Of a stretch of 64,000 bases of DNA, positions 9,482 through 17,864 are shown piece by piece. Made by a program: the position numbers and the translations under genes. The notes beneath the pieces are model-generated. The model saw nothing but the letters and a program-made list of their open reading frames with translations, was not told the origin of the DNA and searched no databases. The stretch is from NCBI GenBank assembly GCA_945889325.1, contig CAMDBH010000002.1, forward strand, positions 39,242-103,241, written 5' to 3'. The DNA is from Klebsiella pneumoniae (GTDB lineage Bacteria > Myxococcota_A > UBA9042). The number at the start of each line of letters is the position of its first letter. The stretch's first letter is position 1.

Positions 9482-10447
9482 ATGTCGCACAAGCAGTTCC
9501 GCATTCTGGTCAGTGATCCCGTGGCCGCCGACGCCGTCGATGTCTTGCGTGAATCCAACATCTGCGACGTCGACGTCAAAACCGGCCTCAAACCCGACGA
9601 ATTCAACGCGATCATCGGCGATTACGACGGTCTGGTTGTGCGCTCAATGACCAAAGTCAAGGCCGACTCTTTTGTTTTTGCCAAGAAACTCAAAGTCATC
9701 GGCCGCGCCGGCGCTGGCGTCGACAACGTCGACGTGCCCGCAGCGACCGCCAACGGCACGATCGTGATGAACACGCCCGGCGGCAACCAAAATGCCGTGG
9801 CTGAACTGGTGCTTGGCTACTTGTTCGCGTTGGCGCGATCGATTCCGGCCGCCAGCGCATCGACCAAGGGCGGCAAGTGGGAAAAATCCAAATTCTTGGG
9901 TCAGGAAATCGAAGGCAAAACGCTGGGCATTGTCGGTTTGGGCGCCATCGGCAAGATCGTCGCGCGCAAAGCCGGCGCATTGGGCATGAAAGTGCTGGGT
10001 TACGATCCAATGCTGACGGCTGAGCAGGCGCAGGACATCGGCGCGCAATACGTGAGTCTGGATGATTTGCTTGCACAATCCGACGCTGTGACGATTCACG
10101 TGCCGCTGATCACGTCGACCAAGGGCCTGTTTGACAAAGCCGCGTTCGCAAAAATGAAAAAGGGCGCGTGGCTTATCGATGCTGCGCGCGGTGGCATTGT
10201 GGTCGAAAGCGATCTGGCCGACGCCCTGCAAAGCGGCCACCTGGGGGCGGCCGCGATGGATGTGTTTGAAGCAGAACCCACGCCTGCCGACAATCCGTTA
10301 TTTTCACAAGTGAATTTGTTGGCTTCGCCGCATATCGGCGCTTCGACGGTGCAGGCCCAGGACAATGTGGGCATCCAGATTGCCCATCAAATCGTGGCGT
10401 TTCTGCGTGACGGTGTGGCACAAAATGCGGTGAACCGACTAGCCTAG
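9482..10447 (+). CDS. serA: D-3-phosphoglycerate dehydrogenase (short form, no ACT domain)
   Basis: VIGRAGAGVDNVD, GLGAIG Rossmann motif, AARGGIV, DVFEAEP, SPHIGAST. Confidence 0.85.
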   Translation: MSHKQFRILVSDPVAADAVDVLRESNICDVDVKTGLKPDEFNAIIGDYDGLVVRSMTKVKADSFVFAKKLKVIGRAGAGVDNVDVPAATANGTIVMNTPGGNQNAVAELVLGYLFALARSIPAASASTKGGKWEKSKFLGQEIEGKTLGIVGLGAIGKIVARKAGALGMKVLGYDPMLTAEQAQDIGAQYVSLDDLLAQSDAVTIHVPLITSTKGLFDKAAFAKMKKGAWLIDAARGGIVVESDLADALQSGHLGAAAMDVFEAEPTPADNPLFSQVNLLASPHIGASTVQAQDNVGIQIAHQIVAFLRDGVAQNAVNRLA

Positions 10448-10556
10448 GTTTGTCGGCACTTCGGCACAGCAGGACGCTCCGACTGCCAAACTGGACGACC
10501 GACCGGCGATCAGTAGAGCCGGGGCCGCCCAGTCGAGCGTCGAATCGCAGAGGCCT

Positions 10557-11192
10557 TTAATCACGGGTGCTTACCTCCGCGGTTTGGCGCCGTGCGCGCG
10601 CGATCAGCGCGCCCATGGCAAAGGCCAAGCCGAGCATGGCGCCGCGGTCGACCGCGTCGGTCGGCGAAGCGGTGCACCCGCCCTTGTGCTCGGGCTCAGG
10701 TGCGGTCGCAACGGCGCCCGCATCGGCGACTTCGCCGCTTGCGGCATCGCCACTTGCAGCCGCGTCCGCACTTGCAGCCGCGTCAGCACTTGCCGCCGCG
10801 TCAGCGCCGGCCGCTGCGTCACCACTTGCCGCCGCATCGACGCTCTGTCCCGCATCTGGAGGCGGTGCGACACCCGCGTCCGGCTCGGCAGCCGCATCGC
10901 CACCTGCCGCGATATCGGCGGCAGCCGAAACGTCGTCGGGCGCCGCGACATCGGCGGCGACAGCGGCGTCCGCTTCACTGGGCGTTGGCTCTTTGGGCAG
11001 CGCAACATCGGGATCTGACGCTACATCTGCTGCTGGGGCCACGTCTTCGATGGCAGCGTCGGGGGATCCGTTGCTGGCATCTTCTTCGGCAAAGGCGACC
11101 AACGGCAGCAGGATCGCGCCGACGAAAGTCGCCAAAATACTCAACTGTTGAAAAATTCGACCCTGGGCAATGCTAAAAAATTGGACGCTCAT
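10557..11192 (-). CDS. Low-complexity Asp/Ala-rich surface protein with MYXO-CTERM-like tail
   Basis: Signal peptide ...LLPLVAFA; DAAAS repeats; C-terminal KGGCTAS + TM (AMLGLAFAMGALIA) + RARR. Confidence 0.75.
   Translation of the reverse strand: MSVQFFSIAQGRIFQQLSILATFVGAILLPLVAFAEEDASNGSPDAAIEDVAPAADVASDPDVALPKEPTPSEADAAVAADVAAPDDVSAAADIAAGGDAAAEPDAGVAPPPDAGQSVDAAASGDAAAGADAAASADAAASADAAASGDAASGEVADAGAVATAPEPEHKGGCTASPTDAVDRGAMLGLAFAMGALIARARRQTAEVSTRD
10741..10840 (-). repeat. 18-bp-period coding repeat (DAAAS[A/G])
   Basis: Units such as acttgcagccgcgtccgc / acttgcagccgcgtcagc / acttgccgccgcgtcagc. Confidence 0.75.
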
Positions 11193-11351
11193 TTGCACAC
11201 TCCAAACGGCCATCAGCGGCCTGTCATCAGAGTGACCCTGCCCCAACGGCTGGGTCAAAATGGCGGTGCAAACCCTGACATTTTTGTCAGTGCCAATTTT
11301 TCAGGCGCTTGTGCTTGGGTGCCGCGACAAATTTGTCGCGTATCAAATCCG

Positions 11352-12188
11352 TCAGCCGAGATCGACGACCTGCCCTTCGGCGGCGGCAAACAGTTCAATC
11401 TTTGTAAGCTCTTGCATGACGAGGACTGACTTTTCAATCAGGGCATCGGTGGCATCGGGCGCGTGATGAAACAGCGCGCAGCGCCGAGCTCCCGCCTGTT
11501 CTGCAACGGATATCGCCTGTTGGGCCGTGGCCTGCCCATGTGCGTACACGCCTGGCGCGCGGTCATCGCCGGACATGTTGTCGTGGATCAGCAGATCGAC
11601 GCCGCGCACAAAATCGACAATCTGCGCAGGCACCGGCGCGACGCCGTAGTCAACAGCCGTAAACACGCCAATGGCTTGATCATCGGCCTGCACGCGAAAG
11701 CCGATCGTCGGCGCATTGCCGTGAGGCAACTGTATGGCGTGAATGGTAAAACCGTTGACTTCGATGGCGTGATTGGCCGCCAATTCGTGAATTTGTACTT
11801 GCGCAAACAAATTCTCAAGTGAGTTTATCGGACTGTAGTGATGATTCAGCAAATCTTCCAAGGTGTTGTGCAGCGGTTGCCCTTCCGACGCGGCACCGTA
11901 AATGTCAATGCGGTTGCCCGGCACGAAAAACGGCACGAAAAACGGCAAACCTTGGGTGTGCTCCAATTGGGTGTGCGACAGCAGAATCGGCAACATGCCT
12001 TGACCTTTAGAGAATTCAGCGGCCATGAGCGCGCGACCCAAGCCGATCGCGCCACTGCCTAGATCGACAAGCAGGCGAAGGCCCGCGCGGTTGGTGAATT
12101 CAAGGGCGCAAGTGTTACCGCCGAAGCGCAAAACGTCCGGACCGGTGACGGGAAAACCGCCGCGGGTGCCCCAAAAACGCACTTTCAC
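11352..12188 (-). CDS. MBL-fold metallo-hydrolase paralog with degenerate metal-binding motifs
   Basis: FWGTRGGFP...GGNTC N-terminus, but SHTQLEH replaces HxHxDH. GTGA overlap with the upstream paralog. Confidence 0.85.
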   Translation of the reverse strand: MKVRFWGTRGGFPVTGPDVLRFGGNTCALEFTNRAGLRLLVDLGSGAIGLGRALMAAEFSKGQGMLPILLSHTQLEHTQGLPFFVPFFVPGNRIDIYGAASEGQPLHNTLEDLLNHHYSPINSLENLFAQVQIHELAANHAIEVNGFTIHAIQLPHGNAPTIGFRVQADDQAIGVFTAVDYGVAPVPAQIVDFVRGVDLLIHDNMSGDDRAPGVYAHGQATAQQAISVAEQAGARRCALFHHAPDATDALIEKSVLVMQELTKIELFAAAEGQVVDLG

Positions 12189-13222
12189 AGCGGCGCCCGT
12201 TTTGCGTGAGGTGCCGTTCTGTTGGCTTTTCGCTTGGGTGTCGCAAACGATGCTGGGACCAAACTGGGCGCATTTTTGGCTGTTTTGCGCAATCGATGCT
12301 TCGCCTTGCCCGCAACGACCAAAGTCATGCCCTGCCGCGAAGCGATGACCTCAATGCCGTGTTGAAGCCCCATTTCAGCGTATTTGACGGCCAATTCATC
12401 CATCATTTCATCATGATGAGACGGCGCGTGGTGGTAAAGCACCAGCGTGTGCACGCCGGTGCCAATGCAAGTTTGCAAGGCCTGATCGGGCGTGGAATGA
12501 CCGTAGTGCGGAAATCTTGTGTATTCTTCTTGGGTAAAGTGGGTGTCGTAAATCACGGTGTCGACCCCTTGCAACGCCGCGATCAAGTTTTGCTCCATGG
12601 TGCCCAGCGCCGCCCGATCGGCATCGGTCAGTGGTTCCATGCCTTTGAGGAAATGTCGCTTGTGCAAAATGTCGCAAAAGGGTGCGGTATCACACACGTA
12701 TGCCAGCGCTGCGCCCGCGCCCTGCACGCGATAGCCGACTGCGCCCAGCGGGTGGTTCAGGGATATCGGCAGCAGCGTAAAGTCAAAAATGTCAAACGCT
12801 TGACCCGGATGCACTTCGGAAAAGGTGAATTGCGCCGGGATCGCCGCCAAGGAGGCGGGGAAAAATTCCTTGCGCGCGGCGCCTGCGATCACGTCGTGAA
12901 GCGAATCCTCCGCCGCCCGCAGCATGTGAATCGTCACCCGCGCGCCTGGCAGCCACAAGGGCCGAAAAAACGGCAGACCTTGGATGTGATCCCAATGAAC
13001 GTGAGAGAGCAATATTTCAAATTCTGGAACAAATTTAGGATCTTTGGCGGCTTCTTGCATGATCTGCTCGCCCAGCGCCCGCAGGCCTGTTCCGGCATCG
13101 ATGATGATGCGTTTGCCGGAATTGGCGCGAACTTCGACGCAAGACGTTTCACCGCCGTAACGCACTGTCTGCGGACCTGGTACGGGATGGCTGCCGCGCA
13201 CACCCCAAAACGTCACTTGCAT
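12185..13222 (-). CDS. MBL-fold metallo-hydrolase (Lactamase_B_2 / phosphodiesterase-like)
   Basis: FWGVRGSHP, IDAGTG, SHVHWDHIQGLPFF, HPLG, YGHST, YHHAP. Confidence 0.9.
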   Translation of the reverse strand: MQVTFWGVRGSHPVPGPQTVRYGGETSCVEVRANSGKRIIIDAGTGLRALGEQIMQEAAKDPKFVPEFEILLSHVHWDHIQGLPFFRPLWLPGARVTIHMLRAAEDSLHDVIAGAARKEFFPASLAAIPAQFTFSEVHPGQAFDIFDFTLLPISLNHPLGAVGYRVQGAGAALAYVCDTAPFCDILHKRHFLKGMEPLTDADRAALGTMEQNLIAALQGVDTVIYDTHFTQEEYTRFPHYGHSTPDQALQTCIGTGVHTLVLYHHAPSHHDEMMDELAVKYAEMGLQHGIEVIASRQGMTLVVAGKAKHRLRKTAKNAPSLVPASFATPKRKANRTAPHAKRAPL

Positions 13223-13586
13223 ACGTGCGTTTCATCTCCTCAAAAGCCGTTACCGCACTCGATTAGGTGTCCGAAGATACCACAGAACCGAGGTTGCGCA
13301 AATAAAACGCAGTGCGCTTCGCGGTCTAGAATCTGCCTCATTGGATGTTTTGGGGGATTCGCCAAAAGCACAAAAAAAATGGGGCGGATTTTGTCTCGGA
13401 AGCCATGTAAAGCTCAATCAGCGCATGGTGCACCGGTTTGATTCCAAGGGCAAGGTCGTCCGAAATTATTTAACAATTGGCCCACACTGAGGGCCGGTTG
13501 GACAAAATGCCAGTCTAGCTCTACGCTTGCGCGGCGGCGGTCGGACGCTTTTGACCGCGCTCTCGCTCCTGCAACCGGATGAACAA

Positions 13587-15977
13587 ATGGCCAAAAGCGG
13601 ACTATCTGGCTTGCCGCCGCACCGCCCGGTTGAAACCGCGCTGACGTATTTGCCCGGCGTGAGCCGCTCTCGCGCAAAAGCGTTGCTCGATCGCGCGCGC
13701 ATCGATCCAGACACGACCACCGACGATCTTTCCGATCTCCAAGTCGATTTGCTGCGCCAATTGCTGCGCGCAGAACTGCGCGATGAATCAGGGGAAATTC
13801 CGGCAGATGCCGACAACAACCGGCCATGGCTGCACGGTGCCGGCGTGGAATTTGCGCCGTATCTCGATCGCGTCCGCGCAATGGTGCAGCGCTATTTGGT
13901 GGTGCTGCGGCCGTGGGATCGCTCGACGGAAGATCCGACCAAAAATCCATTGCCTGCAGGTACTTTGCAAACGCTCGACGCCACTTGCCTGCGCTGCTTG
14001 CGCGGTGAAGCGCTGGATGCAGAACGCACAGCTTTTGTCGGGCGTATGGATGCCCGCCTGATCGAACGCTATGATGATATTGCACCTTCTGGCGAAGGAG
14101 GCCAGCGTTTTGATGAAATGCGGGTCATCTTTGGCCTCAACGATCTGGAATGCGATTTGCTGTGGCTGCTGTTGGCGCCAGAGCTAGTCCCTGAATTTCT
14201 CTGGCTTTACCGAGCTTTATGGCGCGACACCGCGCGCAGCCAGTGGCCGCAGGATTTTTTGCAGCACGGCGTTGATCCTTTTGCCGTGCGCGGCAAGGCG
14301 GTCTTGGCCGCGCTGGCGGCAAATTCGACGCTGCGGCGCTACGGTTTGGTGCTGACGTCCGGCGAAGAGCCATCCCAAGTCTATCATAGGGCAGCTCTTT
14401 TTGCCTGTGGGTATCTTCTCGGCTTGGCCGTCAATCTGAGCGATCTGCCCGGCGTCCTGTCGCACGAAGCCCAAGACACCGCCGCCGATCAGCCGCCACC
14501 GGTTGATGCACCGCAAACACCGGCACTGCGGGAGGCGCTACAGCGCGGTTTTCGCGGGCGGCGGCGCTTTTTGGTGCTCGGGCCCGAACGGGCGGGCGCG
14601 CTGCGCATCGCGCGCGAGGCGCTGCAGCTTTTTGGCGAAGGCATTTTGGACGTTCGGCTGGATCTATTGCTGCAACAAGATGTTGCGCGCATTGGCCACG
14701 TGCTTGGCCGGGCGCGCCTTGCCCGCGCGGGGATTTTTTTTGAGCACGCCGAAGTCATTGACGCCGGCGACCACGGCTCAGAGCGACTGGCGCAAGTCGT
14801 GCAAATGTTGAGCCTTGAAACCACCACGATGTTTTTTCACAGCCAAGGTTCGCAGCGACAAGAAGAGAAAAAACTGATGCCTCGAGCGCATTTGGCGCTG
14901 CTGCGCGATTTGGGAGCCATTGAATTGCCGACCAACGCGCCCGGCATAGACGAACGCAAGATCTTGTGGGGCGATCGCCTGTTGCCGCACATGCAACCCA
15001 CTGAAACGGAAGATGTTGTCGCGTCCGTGAGCGTTTTCAAGTTTGGCGTGGACGAAATCGACCTCGCGGTCAATTTGGCGGCGGCGACGGCCAGACAGCG
15101 CAATCCCAACGTGGCCGCCGTGCGTATCGGCGACATTGAAAAAGCGTGCCGCGATGTCGCGAGTTCGCGGCTGGCCGGTCTGGCCACCCGCGTCAACGTG
15201 CGCGGACGCTGGGAGAATACGATTCTGCCTGAGGAAACCCGCGAGACACTGGACGAAATGGTGCGTTTTGGCAAATTCGCCGGCCACGTGCTAGATGATC
15301 AGGGCTATGGCCGAACGATGGGCTATGGTCGTGCATTGACAGCTCTTTTCAGCGGGCCGTCCGGTACGGGCAAGACGCTTTGCGCGGGCCTAGTAGCGCG
15401 CGATCTCGGTCTGGAGTTGTTCCGCGTCGATTTGGCGAGCGTGGTGTCAAAGTACATCGGTGAGACGGAAGAACGCTTGTCAAAACTATTCGATGCTTCG
15501 CAAGATTCTGGTATCGCTTTGCTTTTTGATGAAGCCGACTCCCTTTTTGCCAAACGCACCGATGTGCAGAGTTCTGTCGATCGCTATGCCAATCTGGAAG
15601 TGAATTATTTGTTGCAACGGCTGGAAGACTATGAAGGCTTGGTCATTTTGACCACCAACAACCCAGAAAGCATCGATCAGGCGTTTATGCGGCGCATTCG
15701 CTTTAAGCCCAATTTTCCCAAACCGGAAGTGGCCGAGCGCGAACGCCTGTGGCGCGTCATGATCCCCGAAACGGCCCCGCGCGAACCCGATTTGAAATTC
15801 CGCGACTTGGCCATCGATTACGAACTGACGGGCGGTCAGATTCAAAATGCCGTGATTCGCGCGGCCGTGTGGGCCGCGGAAAAAACGCAACCGATCAATT
15901 ACTTGCTGCTGGCAAAAGCGGGCGAACGCGAATACAAAGACGCCGGACGGGTTGTCCGCGTCTACGCCGACGAATAG
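13587..15977 (+). CDS. AAA+ ATPase (Afp15/Pvc15-like) with N-terminal ribosomal uS13-like H2TH domain
   Basis: Walker A GPSGTGKT, Walker B LLFDEADSLF, DRYANLEVNYLLQRLE, AFMRRI. Winged-helix-type FGLNDLECDLLWLLLAPEL. Degenerate first AAA module (GPERAGAL). Confidence 0.9.
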   Translation: MAKSGLSGLPPHRPVETALTYLPGVSRSRAKALLDRARIDPDTTTDDLSDLQVDLLRQLLRAELRDESGEIPADADNNRPWLHGAGVEFAPYLDRVRAMVQRYLVVLRPWDRSTEDPTKNPLPAGTLQTLDATCLRCLRGEALDAERTAFVGRMDARLIERYDDIAPSGEGGQRFDEMRVIFGLNDLECDLLWLLLAPELVPEFLWLYRALWRDTARSQWPQDFLQHGVDPFAVRGKAVLAALAANSTLRRYGLVLTSGEEPSQVYHRAALFACGYLLGLAVNLSDLPGVLSHEAQDTAADQPPPVDAPQTPALREALQRGFRGRRRFLVLGPERAGALRIAREALQLFGEGILDVRLDLLLQQDVARIGHVLGRARLARAGIFFEHAEVIDAGDHGSERLAQVVQMLSLETTTMFFHSQGSQRQEEKKLMPRAHLALLRDLGAIELPTNAPGIDERKILWGDRLLPHMQPTETEDVVASVSVFKFGVDEIDLAVNLAAATARQRNPNVAAVRIGDIEKACRDVASSRLAGLATRVNVRGRWENTILPEETRETLDEMVRFGKFAGHVLDDQGYGRTMGYGRALTALFSGPSGTGKTLCAGLVARDLGLELFRVDLASVVSKYIGETEERLSKLFDASQDSGIALLFDEADSLFAKRTDVQSSVDRYANLEVNYLLQRLEDYEGLVILTTNNPESIDQAFMRRIRFKPNFPKPEVAERERLWRVMIPETAPREPDLKFRDLAIDYELTGGQIQNAVIRAAVWAAEKTQPINYLLLAKAGEREYKDAGRVVRVYADE

Positions 15978-16000
15978 CAAATATTTTTAGGAGGTTCAAG

Positions 16001-16270
16001 ATGGACAAGGCCACTTTTCTCGACATCGTCAATACGATCGTGCAAGGTTTTGAAGACGCCAATTTTCGCGCGCAATTTGCCGCCGCCCAAGCCAGCGGCG
16101 ACGTGGCGCAGATGATGGCCTTGCCAACTTCAGTGCAAGAACGCGCATTTGCCCGCCACGGTCTGACGGGCGCCAGCGGCACCACGGCGTTCAAGGAAGC
16201 TGGGCGCAATTTTGCGCTCGATGCCGACGTCGGACCGCTTTTGACGCGTATGAAGCAAGCGTTGAAGTAA
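16001..16270 (+). CDS. Small helical protein resembling protein C10 (C12orf57/P_C10)
   Basis: 89 aa, strong RBS AGGAGG, 23 nt after the ATPase stop. The family resemblance is by eye only. Confidence 0.75.
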   Translation: MDKATFLDIVNTIVQGFEDANFRAQFAAAQASGDVAQMMALPTSVQERAFARHGLTGASGTTAFKEAGRNFALDADVGPLLTRMKQALK

Positions 16271-16276
16271 TCACGA

Positions 16277-16301
16277 CCGGCAAAAATGAGATTTTTGCCG
16301 G
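16277..16301 (+). terminator. Hairpin downstream of the ATPase-small gene pair
   Basis: ccggcaaaaat-gag-atttttgccgg starts 6 nt after the stop; there is no U-tract. Confidence 0.45.
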
Positions 16302-16485
16302 CGTAGGCAGTGCTAGCTGGGTCGCAAGTTCGCGCTTTTTAAGCGACTCACCCCTCCGTTTGACCCGTTCAAAGCAAAGTAATGGCCAAGAAAGTTGTTT
16401 TTGCCGATCCTCAATATTGTTGCGCGCGCAGGCCGGCAGATCGCAGCTAAAGCAAGCAAGGCGTGGCCCTTTTTGCGGCGTTTCG

Positions 16486-16514
16486 TTGACAGCTTGCGCC
16501 CGCGATTTTAGGCT
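16486..16514 (+). promoter_or_regulatory. Sigma70-type promoter
   Basis: TTGACA-17 nt-TAGGCT. Confidence 0.6.
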
Positions 16515-16521
16515 ATCGTTT

Positions 16522-17841
16522 ATGAGCGAGTCCCCCATCGCCAACCACGTGCGACAATTTATGCCCAAACCGCCCCGCGCAGCGCATCCGCGGTTCGGTT
16601 TTTTTGCGGCTATGCTATCGGTATCGCTGCTATTTCTCGGTGGCTGCGGTGCCGCGGCCAACGAGGCGTGGCGCGACACGCAGGTGGAATCGCTAGAGCC
16701 ATCGGGACCGCAGCGTTACGTCGATGCTTTGCGTTCTGCGGCACTTGGCCGTGTGGAAATGCGCGCCGGACAGGATGCCGTTGCCGGTGAACATTTCCGT
16801 CGCGCCTATCGCAGTCACGCCGAAGTCGGATTTTTATTGGCTTATGCCGATGCAGCGGAGCGCGCGGGGCTGTTCGCCGAGAGTTCAGAAGCTGCGCAGC
16901 GCGCGCTCTTGTATCCGCTTGACGACGAGCAGCGGTTGAAGGTTCAGGCGCAAGTGACGCGTCTGCAACCGCAAATCGTACCGGGGCTGATCGCCGTCGC
17001 GGTCAACGTGCGGCCGGAAAATGCCCGGGTCGAACTGAGCCAGAGCGCGTCAGATGGCCAAAAGCGCCTGCGGATTGTCATCGGTCCCAGCCGGGTGTTT
17101 TTGCAGCCCGGAACTTGGTCGGTCGAATCGACTTCCAAAGGTTTCAACAGTGAAATGAGGACGTTCCAAGTCGGCGGCCCGGAAGGTAACCTGTTGGCGA
17201 TTGCGCTGCAGGTGGAGGACAACGGGCCCGCGCTCGTCGGCACGCCGCATCCGGATCAGCCCGAAAAAATTGTCAAAAAGCCGATCGAACCGGAGAAAAA
17301 ACCAGATGTTGTGGTGAAAAAGCCCGATCCGGATGAAGAACCGGATGAAACGCCGCTGGTCAAGGCACCCGACCTCAAACCCACGCCGCGCGACGAAAAA
17401 GGCCCGATCGTGACGTACGAGGACAAAAACGCCCCGCCCAAGCGGAGTTTCCTGCACAAATGGGGGCCGATCGCGACGAGCGCGCTCGGCGTGGCGGCTT
17501 TGGGTGGCGGTGGCTACTTTGGCTACCGAGCAAAGCAAAGTGGCGATACTGCCAACGCGTTATCGCCTTCTGACCCAAAATACTCTAACTTGCTTAATCA
17601 GTATGCGGACAATGCGACCGCTAACGCAAAACTGGCCACTTACAGCTTTATCGGCGGTGGCGTTTTGCTTGCAGCCGGCACTTTGTGGATGTTTTTTGCC
17701 CCAACGGCCGATGTGCCGCCGCCGCCACCGACTGGAAAACCGGCCGTGCGGGTCCCGCCCGCAGCGCCCGCGTTGGCCGAAGTGTTGCTGCCGTCGGTCG
17801 GCGTAACGCCGAGTTCGCTCAGCTTCAGTTGGAAATTCTAG
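16522..17841 (+). CDS. Lipoprotein with TPR-like helices, PEGA-like domain, Pro/Lys linker and two C-terminal hydrophobic helices
   Basis: Lipobox LGGC; VNVRPENARVEL...LQPGTWSVE PEGA-like motif; typical myxobacterial architecture. Start is 16522 or 16561. Confidence 0.75.
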   Translation: MSESPIANHVRQFMPKPPRAAHPRFGFFAAMLSVSLLFLGGCGAAANEAWRDTQVESLEPSGPQRYVDALRSAALGRVEMRAGQDAVAGEHFRRAYRSHAEVGFLLAYADAAERAGLFAESSEAAQRALLYPLDDEQRLKVQAQVTRLQPQIVPGLIAVAVNVRPENARVELSQSASDGQKRLRIVIGPSRVFLQPGTWSVESTSKGFNSEMRTFQVGGPEGNLLAIALQVEDNGPALVGTPHPDQPEKIVKKPIEPEKKPDVVVKKPDPDEEPDETPLVKAPDLKPTPRDEKGPIVTYEDKNAPPKRSFLHKWGPIATSALGVAALGGGGYFGYRAKQSGDTANALSPSDPKYSNLLNQYADNATANAKLATYSFIGGGVLLAAGTLWMFFAPTADVPPPPPTGKPAVRVPPAAPALAEVLLPSVGVTPSSLSFSWKF

Positions 17842-17864
17842 ACAGTCGCGTTTTAGGAGTTCTC

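Noticed and set aside
9482..10447. serA as a truncated pseudogene
   Set aside because: Catalytic motifs are intact, and ACT-less PGDH forms are well known.
13587..13770. A genuine rpsM gene
   Set aside because: It lacks the conserved basic C-terminal half, reads in frame into the ATPase, and has no rpsK/rpsD/rpoA neighbours.
13587..15977. Extracellular contractile injection system locus
   Set aside because: Only the ATPase is present; no sheath, tube, VgrG/PAAR or baseplate ORFs are in the window.
16298..16315. Sigma54-like GG-N10-GC element
   Set aside because: Weak match to TGGCAC-N5-TTGC, overlaps a hairpin, and a better sigma70 promoter lies downstream.
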